DNA of 57,776 nucleotides, filler included, from Sphacelaria rigidula (Eukaryota): NCBI GenBank assembly GCA_964200075.2. It is 5 parts of 5 records of this genome, joined end to end, with 100 filler letters (N's around TTAATTAATTAA, not from the genome) between each part and the next. Parts side by side here need not be neighbours in the genome. Positions count along the whole stretch, not along the records: positions 11,578 to 23,054 come from CAXNAA020004881.1; positions 23,155 to 34,629 come from CAXNAA020004882.1; 3 more parts are not named here. One strand, written 5' to 3'. Numbering within the stretch: position 1 is the first letter of the stretch; the number at the start of each line of letters is the position of its first letter. A model generated the notes under the pieces. It saw only the letters and a program-made list of their open reading frames with translations, ran no database searches and was not told where the DNA came from. Positions 12,326 to 25,090 of this stretch are shown here, piece by piece. The position numbers and the translations under genes were made by a program.

Positions 12326-13244
12326 ATTAGTTCGGGGTATCCCGAAGGGACGACGCGACATCCTTGCCTACCTTTTCCTGCCCGCCGGACTGATGCGAAA
12401 TGGCCCTCTTATTAATATCCTGCTCGCAAAAACAACCATTGAATGATTTACTTGTTGAATTACAATGAAAGAGAGATTCGTTGGACGGCATGATAACTTT
12501 CAGAACGAGTTAGAGTATATTACTTGAGTAATAAGGTTCGTTGGCACACATACCCAACATCAACGCGCCCACCCGATGTATAGTGGTTGGGTGATATGTT
12601 GTAAAAATCTTTTCTGGAAACGAATATCAAATTCGCGGACTCACAGTCGGGGGCACCGTTTCACGGTATCAGATTTGTGGAATAGTTATGTACAGTCTTT
12701 TTCTGCATGAGGGTGGTACTGTCTGTCTCGCGTACTCTTGCAGCCGAAGAGTAGATAGGTGGTGAATAATCCTTCGAGTACAGTGCCGTCCATCATGGTG
12801 ATATGCATGGCAGGACATTGCAGCATAATATATTACCATCGCCGCCGGGTACGGCGTTAACACTTATCCGCTGGTCAAACCCCGTGCGAAGCTGCTTCAG
12901 CAGCTGGCGCGAGCAGGCATACCCTGCGCTATCACGAGACTGTCTTCTGCTGCTATGGCAGAAATACCACACGCCTGGAGACCCCACCATTGTACGCCAG
13001 TGCACGTACGTTACCTCCTCAAAATCAGGGGGACCTCAGCTTTCCCCAGAATTTTCGCAAAAAATGGGAGGAAATCGTTACACCCCAATTTTTTCTCCCC
13101 CGGGTTGGTCCAAATCGGGGCCCATGAAAATACGTTCCCCAATTTGTTTTCCCCCGATGTTCGGAAAAATCGAGATTGGTAACTTTCATCAAATGTGGTC
13201 TAACACAAACTACCCCGATGTACAGTATACACTTGTACTGACGC

Positions 13245-13522
13245 CCTGACCGGGCAATATATTCGCACCCTTACGGGCCCAATATATATTGACCGACCAA
13301 TATACTGGCACCCACGCGAACCCGAAATATATTGAACGGTCAATATGTTCTCACCAGCGCGACCCTAATATATATTGATCGTGCAATATGTCCTCCCCCA
13401 CACCGCCCTAATATATATTGATGGGGTAATATGTGCACAATCCCACGGTACCAACATATATGGGGCGGACAATACGTTTGCTGTCCCACGACACCAATAT
13501 ATATATTGGGTGCGCAATACGT
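13245..13522. repeat. Array of 7 units, 43-bp period: conserved ATATATTG-N6-CAATAT palindrome plus ~20-nt variable spacer
   Basis: The ATTG core falls at 13288, 13331, 13374, 13417, 13460 (variant) and 13505, with a partial unit at 13245. Loops and spacers all differ. Confidence 0.8.
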
Positions 13523-13853
13523 GGAGGCGACCTGAGGATTTGTACGTAAACAATGGTTGGTACTATGGAGATGCCGCCAACCCTAACGCTAACCCTAACC
13601 CTAACCCCGACCAAGGCATACCGAGAACCCTCGGGCAAGGGGGTGCAGAGTGTTCCCTAGGCAAAGTGTGCGTTGCCAGAGCTCAAATCGACGCCTTTCA
13701 GCCGATTTTGGACCAAAACACGTTCTGGACGAGCTGGGTCCACTGCTCACCTGCCCCAGACCATGAACTTTCTCAGAACTTTGTTCAGTCTAAAATCAAG
13801 TAAAATCGAGTACCAACCATTGTTTACGTACAAATCCTTAGGTCTACTGACAG
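13523..13853 (+). mobile_element. TIR element carrying an internal (CCCTAA)n tract (copy 1)
   Basis: 36-bp IR gacctgaggatttgtacgtaaacaatggttggtact / agtaccaaccattgtttacgtacaaatccttaggtc; telomeric tract at ~13579-13607; second copy at 57205-57546. Confidence 0.8.
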
Positions 13854-14115
13854 AAAGTCGTCCATCCGCATCCTTCCTAGCGCTGCTGTTTGTAGATCCT
13901 ATCTGATAGTCGTCATTATTCCCCATGCTGCAGAGGCCTTCCATTTCTACTTTTTTGTTTCGAATGCTTTGGATTTGTTCTCAAGTCTGATCTTTGTCCT
14001 TCTCCGACCTCTATGTCTTATTTACTTTCCTTCAGCGAGTGTTTTCGCTCTGTTTTCTCTCAGATACGTCCATCATATGGATAATGACCAAAGGCTAGAT
14101 CGCTGGGGAATCAGT

Positions 14116-14660
14116 TTAACCCTTTCGGGACTGGGCCTCCAGAACGACTAATGAGGCTGGTTAGGAATGACGTGTCTGGCGTATGCACGAAACAGGTGGC
14201 ATCCTGTTGCTAAATATCCACGTATGTAACCACAAGCTTATTAGGAAGATTAAAAGTTTTATCCAATCTACTTTCAGGTGAAGGTACAAACTGTAATTCG
14301 GATGTTGTGCGCATCAGGCAGTGTACAGATGTATCAAGCAGTATCAGTCGCAGTGGAGAGCTTTCAAGAGGACGTGGCGATCGCCGCCCGCCCCTTGTGG
14401 CTTTGAATCATATTACTGTCTCCATCACCTTGCCACACAGCCCTTTGTGGTCGGGGTGGGTTGCTATATCCCGCTTCGTTGCAAGCGGCGAATTCTTTTC
14501 GACGGGCATGGGCGTTGCGCCGCACATACAGTACAATGCGCTTCTACGATTGCAGTAGCAGCTGCTGCTGCCGCTGCATACTCCCCTACACGTTCTGGGC
14601 AGCTCTCCGCGACGGAGATCAGCCACCTATACACAGCTTGTCGGTTCCCGTCGACTACAT
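14116..14660 (+). mobile_element. piggyBac-like non-autonomous element (copy B)
   Basis: Starts TTAA-CCCTTTCGGGAC; homologous to 5056-5612; begins at the TTAA of a retroposon tail (ggggaatcagtTTAA). Confidence 0.55.
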
Positions 14661-15973
14661 ACGACCTCGCTGCATGCTGTACCGCCTCAACAGAGGGAAT
14701 CGCAGAACTCCCCTTGAACCCCATTTAAGAGATCAACCCCAATTTTTAAAATCCGCTGTTTTTTTAGCGATCCGGTTGGACCCTGAGAATGCGAATCTCA
14801 CTCTACTGCTCCTTTTATGTTAAACCTCTGGGGACCGCACTCTTCGGGGGGCTCATGCCTCTAGCTCCGTCTCTCGTTCCACTGCGTTGCTAGATTCAGT
14901 CGCCTTGTGAGCATCACCACGTGTGTAGTAGGGTACATTTATTCCCGACTCTCCCCCGAGCACCCTGTGTTCGTGTAATAACTACGTTTTACTTTAGGAT
15001 GGTGGCCCCAAAAAAATCGGGGGAGTGGGGGTTCGGACCTTAATAAAATGGAAGCGTATGATGAAAAATCGGGAAAGCGAGCCCCGACTATCGCGGTTCT
15101 TTTTTGCTTCGAAGGCTTTTTTGTGGGCCGGGGACAGGGTACACACGCCAACTTGGCAGTAACGGTCGTTCGGATGTGGTCGATAAATTTCGCCTCGCCG
15201 TGATTGGGGCAGGTCGCTCCCAGACTTGTTTATTGTTACTTTACTAATACATGGTGAACCCCTTGTAACTGTTACTGAGCTTCAGTCCCACAACGGTCAA
15301 TGTGCGACAGTCAAACAAATAAATCAAATCATCGATCAATCATCTCACTAACCACCACCGTCACCATCATCTACCAGCAGGTCAGTTGGACATTACCGTA
15401 GAGCCTTAAGGTTTGACCATACACCGCGTGTAGTGCCTTCTCAAGTAAAAGGGACAGGTGGAGGCAACGTCATAAAGAGAAGCAGCTCTCTCAATTGCAT
15501 GCTTGCATAGATAACTGGTTATTGGAAAGCGCTTGAGAACGACCTCACTATGAGATTAGACACTAGTAGGCAATGTGTGCGTTAACATAATCGTGGTTAT
15601 GACTGGCTAACGTGACTGCTCCCTTTTTATCCCGCCGCGTCCCACGAGTTCTCAAATATGTCCCGTCCCCCCCAAAAGTACGCCTTCCCTTCGTTCCACG
15701 GGGCCGTCAGAAAGGCAACTGTTCCGTGACTGCGTCCCCCGCTTTTACACACACGGGATCGGACCGCCAGCGAAACAACTGTTCCGAAACGTGTCTCACA
15801 CGCAGCCAACGTGTTCGGCGAGAGGAAAAAACAAATGGGTGATGAATTCTGTACCCCACTTTAATTTTCAGGCTATATTGCGATAAGGAATAAGCGTCAT
15901 GAGTTTCGCTCCATCTACCTCACGTACGTCTACAATCTTATGACCCGTCACGGCTGAACTTATAATGGATGAG

Positions 15974-16151
15974 TTAACCCTTTTGGGACCCAATCGTATG
16001 TTTGCGGCAGGTGTCCATTTGTGTCGGTTTTATGTCAAAATAATGCCGACTCACACCAAAGGCATGTGTAGGTGCATCATTTTGACTTGAAAACAACACA
16101 AATGGACACGCAAACAGACCATCGTGGGGAAAACGGTCCCAAAATGGTTAA
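15974..16151. mobile_element. piggyBac-like MITE with TTAA target duplication
   Basis: TTAA-CCCTTTTGGGACC ... GGTCCCAAAATGG-TTAA, plus an internal IR (gtgtccatttgtgt / acacaaatggacac). Confidence 0.8.
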
Positions 16152-19100
16152 TCTACGAGAATTAGTTTGATATTAAAACGATCACATCGATCAGATCAAA
16201 ATGGTTTCACAATCCACGAAGTGAAGCCTCTTGAGCACTCATTCCAATTGTTTCGATATCTTGTACGCTGATGCTATAGTTCCTGCGAGATTGAGGAGAA
16301 TAACTTTGGGTGCGGGTAGACGAACGCCAGCTCGACGTGGGCGGTCAGCGGTTTTCTCGTAAAGACTACTCATACGAGTTCAGCAGCTTTTGGGCTATGG
16401 TTGAGAGGGGCCAGCCCCGGTGAATTGTTTGTTTCTCCATGCACCATTCTTGCTGGAGTCTTCCTGCATTCATGACTACATGTAATGCTTTAGGAACACG
16501 ACCACCGCTACTTTTTTCGGGTAGAGATGCGCCAGGATAGTGTCACGTTAATCATCAGCCCCCGAAGAGAGTGAGGCTGTTAAATACTATTTCAAGTGCA
16601 CGCATCAACTTTTTTTTTTCTACGGTGATCCCGTGACAAATGTGTCACGCGATCACCAAACCTGCGGGTGAGTGGAATCCAAGAAATGCGTAATAAATAA
16701 AATCACTACTTTGAGCTTCTGGGGTACTCAGTTGTGGATGATTGTTGCAGCGACGTTCTCCAAGACCTCAGACGAAATTCCGCTCAAAACAGAACGCGCA
16801 CGACCTCATGGTGAATTAATTCTCTTCAAGCCAAGCTGGCGCAGTAGATGAACCTGCCTTGCATGCAAATCTGACGGTCATTTCCCATCATGTTCTATTT
16901 GTCAGCCATGAAAAGAACACGCGCAAGCCTCCCTCCCTCCCCCCACCATGCCAAACCGCCTAAAAATCAGGTCCGACTGAAGGCCAACTGCGGCGACCGA
17001 GGCACTAGGGGTGGGTGGGTGTACTCATGATCTTGTATGCCGCAGTCACAAGACCATCGAGCTCGCGGAGCACTATTATAGGGGGCGGGTAATGAAGAGT
17101 TCCGGGCTTTGACCCAAACGAGCTTTTCTTCTGCGGGCCAGGTCTACGGTTGACAGCCTCGCGATGAGAGCCCGAGCTGTTTGTGTGCCCCCAGAGCCTC
17201 CCCCTTCCCCATGAAAGGGGCGCGGATACATGGCCGCCCGGCCCACGTGGATCTTGAGCAAGGAAGCCCAAAAGCCAGCAACGCTACAGCTGTTCGACAC
17301 GGTCTAAATGTCCAGCATCAAAACTAGATCTCATGGGGCTGAAGAACAGAATAACAGACATTACAGTACAACTGCTTTCAGTATGGTCGTGTACTGGACC
17401 GTGCTTGCACAATGACTTGATCTGTTTCTCGGGGGAAGGTGCGGACCAATGCGATTTACCCGTCAAGACAGCGGACCTGCTGATACAAAATCCACGATAC
17501 TCGTACGCAACATCTTCCTAAGCTTGTGTGGCTGTGTGGGGACTGCTTGCTGCTGAGTATTGGATGAGCTTGTACAGGAATTGGAACTGTTTTTGCGGAC
17601 CAATGCGATTTACCCGTCGCTTTAGCAGACGTGATGATCAGAATCCATGATACACAACATCTTCCTGAGCCTGGCTAGGGACTGACTGCTCCTGTGGTAC
17701 CCTAGCTACGGTTTTATCATGTTGTTGAGAAGCAATCGAGAGCAATACGGCCAGAGTCGGTAATTACGGGGATGTCGAAACAGCTAGCAGTATCGCCGTT
17801 CTACTGCTGGATTGTCTCTAAAACGCTGCGTCCTTTTGGAAGTCCCTGGCAAGAGTAGCACCGCGGCAGACCTACACCGGTGCACACGTACTCCTGTTTC
17901 CTGTACCGTCTGTGCTGCGCTGTACTTCACTGGGTGTCCTCCTGAATACAAACAACAGTGATGCACTGCAGCGTGTGTGCTGTACTCAAATCTATAGCAC
18001 GATTCAGCTCATGTACCTGTGAGATGTGGCGCCCTCTTTCCGTGCAGCCAAGGCACGCAGCGGCCGGGTGTATTGTCGCCTACTGCTGATGGGTGCTGAA
18101 TGCTGAACCCAGCGGTTTGGACCAAAACAACGCTTTCGGTCATTTTCTAAAACAGAGCCATATATTTTAATTTTTTATTTGTTTCTTCTCGGGGGCTGTT
18201 CCTTCTACATGATATTCAATCTTCGGCCGTTCACCGTTGAGCGTTGTCCTTGGGTTTGTTTCTGTATCTGTCCTGGCACTGCTGCTTTTACGGCATATCC
18301 GGATCAGGTCTATTTCCCACCCCACACAATAGTACTGCACTGTACTGTTGCACTTGGTGGTACTGCTCAGTGCAGGCAGATATCGAGCCCTGGGAGAGGA
18401 GGAGGTCTCAGTATAGTGTACAGTGTACAGTCCCCCGAAATTTTATAGTTCCGAGTTACAGCTTCAGCGATGACGGAGTGGGCGTCTCAGTTCGAGGGGG
18501 AGCACGGTGTCACAGAGCTGGTGAGAGTGACCATTGCGGTGCTGTCGGTGTTCTTCTATACTGGCTGCGCTGTGTCATCCTATTTCTGTGCTGTGTTGTG
18601 GTGTTCCTTGTTGCTACCTGTAGGCGGTGGATATATGCAGGTTTTTCAGGGACCTTGCGGCAAAGCGACTGCGGTTGTACTGTTGTCTATCTGTCTGTGT
18701 ACTGACTTTTAGCTGTACCTGTACGATTCTCGTAGGTGTCGCACCATGCTGCGTCCCCGTACCAGCACAAAGATGTACAAGCAATATCTGCCAATAATCC
18801 GATCCGACACAGATGATTGTGGCCTACCGATGTATATACTGTACTGTCTGTACATGGTACTGTCTGTTGTGCTGCTACGAGTGGGCATTGCATGCCTTCG
18901 CCACAGTATTTCAGGGTACTGATGTACTTCGAAGTACATGCTAACCGCGTGTAGTCGTATTTCTTCACCCTATCTCTACTGGCCATACTGACTACTTGTA
19001 CTACTGTTGACTGTTATACTGTTGTTACGGTCAAATGAGACCGGTTTTCTCGTTTTCCAGGAGATCATTCATCCCCGTACACGCCGTAGCGATGCGCCTG

Positions 19101-19769
19101 ATCTAGTGTCCTGTTTTACTAGCTATGCCCTTCAAGAAGAAGACACGGTGGACTCAACGCACTCCATCATGTGCGATATCCCACACAGTTATATTACCAC
19201 AAGAAGAGACCATAAGAGTAACCAACTCCGTGTCGACCTTCTCCATGAGCTCCGGGATAATTCTACCGACCACTTACCACAATTTGGTCACGGATATTTC
19301 TCGTAAAGCACACGCAGGATATGTACTTGGTCCACAATCCGTTGAAGTCGTTTCCCATTTCGGCATCCGAAACGCATGTTTGTCCTGGGTGAGCTACCAA
19401 ATCGTAGCTCATCAGCGCACGTTTACGTTGGATGACCTATCGGACGCAGCTCACATGCACATGTTCGACTACAAGTGAGCTACAACCCGGAGATGAGCGC
19501 TGTCCTACTTTTGGGAAAATGCACGCATAAACTGTGGAGAATTCACGAAAATTTCGAGGGACGGTGTTTTTTCGCTGGTTACCGGGAGTCCCAGGGTCCT
19601 GGAGGATCACACGCCCTTCCGAGGCCCCCAACAACCGTCGCAAATTGAAAAAAAAAAAAAAAACGCCGTCCGTCGAAAGGTAAAAGCTCCGCAATGACCC
19701 AGAGTACGTTTGTGCAATTTATCGAAGCCTAACCGGGGGTACTCGTCTAAAAGTGAAAACGACACCTAT

Positions 19770-19820
19770 GCTAACCCTCACCTACCCCCGACCCCGACCC
19801 TGACCCTGACCCTGACCCTA
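19770..19820 (+). repeat. Degenerate telomere-like hexamer tract (CCCTAA/CCCTGA/CCCCGA)
   Basis: gctaaccctcacctacccccgaccccgaccctgaccctgaccctgacccta. Confidence 0.6.
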
Positions 19821-20868
19821 TGCCTCACGGTGGTCGAAGTGGAAAATAAACCAATGGCCTACCGTAGGGTTTTGGTGAAAGTTGAAAAAAATGTAGCGTG
19901 TATTTTTGTCCATGGCGCAAGCAGCAAACTATGCGTACGAGCTGGCTCAAGGTCATCAACGAAAATTGCGTCATCAGCAAATGCCTTCCGCAATACCTAC
20001 CCAATTGTCACCTGCATGGTTTCATACTGGCCGCCATGGACAACTGAAGAGGATGACGTAGCCGGATTTTTGTTGAAGGGTGTAGCAGGTGGCGCTTAGG
20101 GCGGCGAGGTACCTCGACCAATCAGCGCACTTCAAACCGTTCTGATATGAAGTATTAATTCTCTAACGCAATGTTTACCCTCTTCACATTCTTCAAATCG
20201 TAGTAACCGCCATCAGCTCCGGAAGTTGACGAGAAAACATATTTACAAATAATTACTATGGGATCAAGTTACACCCTCAAACCGTGGTATACCGGTAATG
20301 TGGTTTTTTGGCGTCGTAGGATTTTCACTGTTATGGGGGTGAATGAAGGCCTTGGACCACTTTGTATGGCAACCAATCCGTATTTGTACCAATATGCGGA
20401 TTTCAGCCCGTCTAAATCCGATTTTCCCCCGTGGATTGATTTTTCGGACCCCAGTCCGTTGGGCAATGTTTTTCGCCTAGCTCTGAGGAAACCAGATCAA
20501 TTCTCCGATTCTCTGGGCGCTGACTTTTGGTTCATCACCTTTCTGCTCAGATCGGGAGACATCGGAAGACTCCCGTATCTCCCCCGATTTGGGCCCCAGC
20601 TTTTCTGTTCGAGCTTGTTTTCGTCTCCCCCCCTCCCCGACCTTTCCATTCGCGACCGTTCCCGTTTTGTCCACGTTGCGTACGTCCATCTTCTACATAA
20701 TCACCATGGCTGGGTGCATCAGGAATGAGTCAATGCACGACAATCAATCTATCAAAACTGCAGCAGTAGGTGATTCAGCTTCATTCTCAGCTCAAAATTT
20801 CAGGTACACATGCTTGCGGGCCCCGTCGAGTACTCATTATTCTTGACGGTATTCCACGCAAAACACCG

Positions 20869-21141
20869 TTTTCGTGAGATTGAGAGTAGAGCATACGACC
20901 GAGAGTAAGAAGTGGGCAATCAATTAATGAATAATTTCACTTCCGAAATACCCCTCCACGAGGTCCGAAACGCTTCCTGTAGCAGCTTGCCCTGGAGCCC
21001 TTGATATCTGAGTAGGATATCGACGTCTAGTGTAGCTGTAAGCAGACGCCGGTGTTACAGGCAAGGAAAACACACACATAATAATGTAAAATTGGTAACG
21101 TTGAAGCGAATGAGGAAACCCAACTCTCAATCGCACTAAAA
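20869..21141. mobile_element. ~270-bp MITE (TTTTCGTGAGATTGAG termini)
   Basis: TIRs ttttcgtgagattgagagt / actctcaatcgcactaaaa; an inverted homologue lies at 30430-30694. Confidence 0.7.
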
Positions 21142-23054
21142 TAGTGTTGCAATGCTGCGTGCATTTGGCGTTCTGTACGGGTGGTTTACTATTGTAATTC
21201 GCCCTATATTATCCCTGTTCTCGAAGACTCCGTTCTTCACAAAATTGGAGAATACGACCAAGTACTGCCCATGCGCCCATTCCGAAACTCCTTTTTTCAT
21301 CTTCAGGAAGAGTAATTCCACGCTCTACACTTCGAATTCGTTTTTTGGGTTCTTGCTACTGCAATTTAGTCTGGATTTTCGACGTTACCATCATCATCAA
21401 GTCATGCCACAAAAAATGCAAAAACAACATAAATGCCCCGACACCTTCTACACTTTCACCACTGTCACTACCATACACTCAATGCGGCCGGCCCATGAAC
21501 CAACAAAGGGGCCTAGCAAGCATCAGCTCCAATAGCGATAGGCCCGACACCATAATCATGACCAATAACATATACCACCACCATGACGAGAAACACTAGA
21601 GCCCGGAAAGGACGAAAAAACGTACGTCTACGCACACACACAAATACATAAATACACATCACAGATCACGCTCATCATGGTGAACTACTGTAGTGACTCT
21701 ACAAAAAAAAAAAAACGGATCTTAATGAACAGGACGGACCATCGTCAGCAAGGATAGCACATACACACCACGTTTCGCGGGCTGTTTCATTATTATCCGG
21801 AGCGATCCAGTGCACCATCCACCCACCAGTTCTAATTCCATGCATGTTGCTTCCCCGCCCTCTCCCCTCCCCTCAGACAGAATCAGAAGTAACCATCAAC
21901 GTGGAGCTAACATACCACACGTTGTAAGGGAGCAATACATGTATGGTAAAAGGCGAGTCAGGCGCACGTTAACAAGTTTTTGCGAGAAATGAAAATATAG
22001 CGGGGAGGGGGGAGGGGGGGGGGGGCGTTCTCATTTGTTGCTTGCCATAGTCGTTCGACCACTGACCACGCATCCCTTTCGAGACGGAGCGCTGTTCCTA
22101 CTCCTGAAAGAGACACCTCCAACATAGGGGGGGGGGGAAGAGGGAGGCCAACAACTAACAACCTTTTGATCGGTGATTTTGCTGGTGGCGTTTTCCATAT
22201 CTTCACTCGTGTGTCCAAGACTACCATGGACAGACGTTAAAAAAATAGACAAAAGTGCACGGTTTGGATTAATCATCGCCGGTTCGAATCACCACATCCA
22301 CGATTTTTCAGGCCTGATCTCTCGGAAGAGAGAAAAAAAATCGACAGATGGTCAGTCAAAAAGGTTCCCACGCAACTTTTGCGCCATTCCGCGTGCCTGG
22401 GCTGCGCGTCCCTGAGTTGCAACGCTGAAAACAAAAGCCCAAGGACTAATTCGTATGGTACGAATCATTCATACCAAAAATCGAGTAATTTCCAGACGAA
22501 TCATTCGTTTGTCCGACCCTTAAAAAAGTGTACTCTTCACATCTTCTCGTGTAGCCAAGCGCTCAAGAGAACCCCCCCCTGCCTCCTGGTCTGATGACTA
22601 TGGCATGCATGATCACGAGTACACCCCCCTGCCTCCTCAGAAGTGTTCAAAGACCACACCTTGTCAGTTACGTTGGAGGTGGGTGCCTGATCCAGTCCAA
22701 ATAATCCCTAAACACTTTCACTCATAAGAGCGGACGGTAAAGAAGCGTATTACCTATTACATATAAAAAACTGACAACATCGTAAAAAAATGCAGGGAAC
22801 TTTTCTTCCAAGGAAAAAAAAAGATGAAAAAAAAAACTTAAATGCCGTCGTCAGCAGAACGGAACAAACAAAACGAGAAATCATCTTGGTGGGTGGGGAG
22901 GCGTACTCATTTTCATTTCTAGTCGTTTGACCATTGACCACGCATCCCTTTCGAGGCGGAGCACCGTTTTGGGGGGGGGGGGGGGGGGGGGGGGAGAAAG
23001 TAAAAAAGATCAACATTTCATACCTCACATACACCCCCCCCACCCCAAAGGGGG

Positions 23055-23154
23055 NNNNNNNNNNNNNNNNNNNNNNNNNNNNNNNNNNNNNNNNNNNNTT
23101 AATTAATTAANNNNNNNNNNNNNNNNNNNNNNNNNNNNNNNNNNNNNNNNNNNN
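23055..23154. other. Artificial contig linker
   Basis: N44-TTAATTAATTAA-N44. Confidence 0.98.
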
Positions 23155-23757
23155 TACAGTACGACATGCCTTGTTGTACAACCACAACTAGTGCAGCACC
23201 ATCACTTCGCGGCCGCGGCACAACCGACTGTAACCGTAGATGCGATTTCAGCCATTCCCCCCCCCTAATTCCGCCGCACATGCCATCCTCAACTCTTTAC
23301 ACTTCGCAGATGAATACAGTTTGGTATTTCGTTTGATGGGAACTTGTCAGATCGCAGTGCATCGTGAAGTGAAAGAGTGAATTCGCAGATTACTACGATG
23401 TGTCACAGTAGGCACAACTCGCGATACATTTTCAGTTAGAACCGGCTGAAAGAAAGTCCGCTTCTTAGGCGGCCCATGGTGTACCATCACCAAAGATATA
23501 ATGCCTCCTGCCTGAGACGAAATACATCCTGCTTCACGTGGGGAGGGACCCCATTTGTTTTTTGTAACGATCCGGGCAAATGAACGATCATACAAGATTA
23601 TTCCGCCGTGAGCGAGGAGTCGAAATCTTACATTCGGGGTGGCTGGCATGGTGGGAAAATGCCCTCCCCCCCCCCCCCACACCTGCCCTGCGCGCAGGGC
23701 TTTCATCAATGCACAAATTCGAAAGCCGGGTGCAAAGTTGTACGTTCAAAGTCATAC

Positions 23758-24050
23758 CGCACGAATCACGAACTGAAAATGTGTACAGCCCAAGCAGTGT
23801 CAGACGAATCAAGCGTGAAACATATGTACGAAACACAATTTCTGTATGAATCAATGGTGGGAAACATGTGCACTTGATTTTTCTCTCATGAATCGAAGGC
23901 GGGGAGCAGGTGCGTATTACTCATGCTGGATGAACGGAAATTGGGAAACATGTGCGCTTGATTCGCATGAATGGCAGGTGGGAAACATGTACCGATGATT
24001 CATGCTGCACCTATGGGAGGGCAGAAATACAGTATGAATGGAAGGTTTCG
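23758..24050 (+). repeat. 42-bp tandem repeat family (tgaatggaaggtgggaaacatgtac...tgattca), copy A
   Basis: Units at 23847, 23889 and 23931; shares the flanking motif gcacgaatcacgaactga with 27069. Confidence 0.7.
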
Positions 24051-24707
24051 TACTACTGTTGCCCGTTATCCGCTGTACAGACTGTACAGTACCATGCTAT
24101 GCTGTACTGTCCGCCAACTGCAGTGGGCGCTGCCGGGGTGGTTCCAAAAACTCAGGCAAAAATGAGGGGACGACTCTTGCAGTACTGGTGCTGTCTGAAG
24201 CTGTCTTGCACTGTTTCATGTATTCAGGCCAACCGCACTCCAGAACGAAACATGAAAAGCAGAAAGATCGTCAAAAGCTTAGGTCGGGAAAATAAACAGC
24301 TACAAAATCACTCTAGGCGCGCAGATGCGTCCAGTGTACGCTGCCAAAGTTTTCCCAAAAACTCCCGCGAGCATGCGAGGACGACTCCTGCTGGTGCTGC
24401 ATTCTTTACACGTATTCGTGGTATTGTATACAGTATGTTCAAGTCAACTACACCATAAAACACAACATGAAACTACAAAGGCTATCAATAACATAGCTCG
24501 GGGAAAAAAAAATGGCTAGAAAAAACGCTCAGAGCACGCAGACGCGTGTATTGTACTATAGTTGACTTATTACGTGTGAGTACAAAATCTAAAATTGGGT
24601 TTTTCGGGGGTTTAACTCTTCAGGGGTTCGCGACCTTCACGTTCTTATTCGCCTACCCCACCTAAAAAAAGGCCGCGCCACCAAAGACTCGCATCCCATG
24701 AAATGAC

Positions 24708-25090
24708 AGGTAAATACCGGGGTATCCCATACCATGGTGTGCGTGGGTATCGTAGATATGAGGGTAAAAAATACCTGATTGAGCGGGTACGGTAGGTATT
24801 GAAATCTCGAAATACCGTGGTATCGTAGGTATGGTAGGTATGGCATTTGAAAATACCCGATTGGGCAGGTACGGTAGATACAGGTATCCTGAAATACCGT
24901 GGTATCGTAGGTATGGTAGGTATGGCATTTGAAAATACCCGACTGGGCAGGTACGGTAGATACAGGTATCCTGAAATACCGTGGTATCGTAGGTATCGTA
25001 GGTATTACATTTGAAAATACCTGATTTGGTCGGTATCGGTAGGGTATGAGATGTCTCAAATACCAGTACCGGGTACCTGCCTTACCCTCT
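24708..25090. mobile_element. Element end with ~82-bp subterminal tandem repeats (GGTATCGTAGGTA motif), copy A
   Basis: Units at 24781, 24863 and 24945; shares non-repeat ends (atcccatacc...gtgtgcgtgggta and gggtatgagatgtc...gtaccgggt) with 26080-26645. Confidence 0.75.

Noticed and set aside
13245-13522. Bona fide CRISPR array
   Set aside because: Eukaryotic context, no cas genes, an interrupted repeat with a variable core, and short, mutually similar C-rich spacers. Kept only as an unexplained array.
18455-18520. Possible hAT transposase exon (TEWASQFEGEHGVTEL|gtgag)
   Set aside because: Too short to assign, with no supporting exons identified.
22585-22630. Hammerhead ribozyme cores at CTGA(T/C)GA sites (e.g. 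22591, 10204, 50822)
   Set aside because: I could not build the required stems and GAAA in the correct arrangement.
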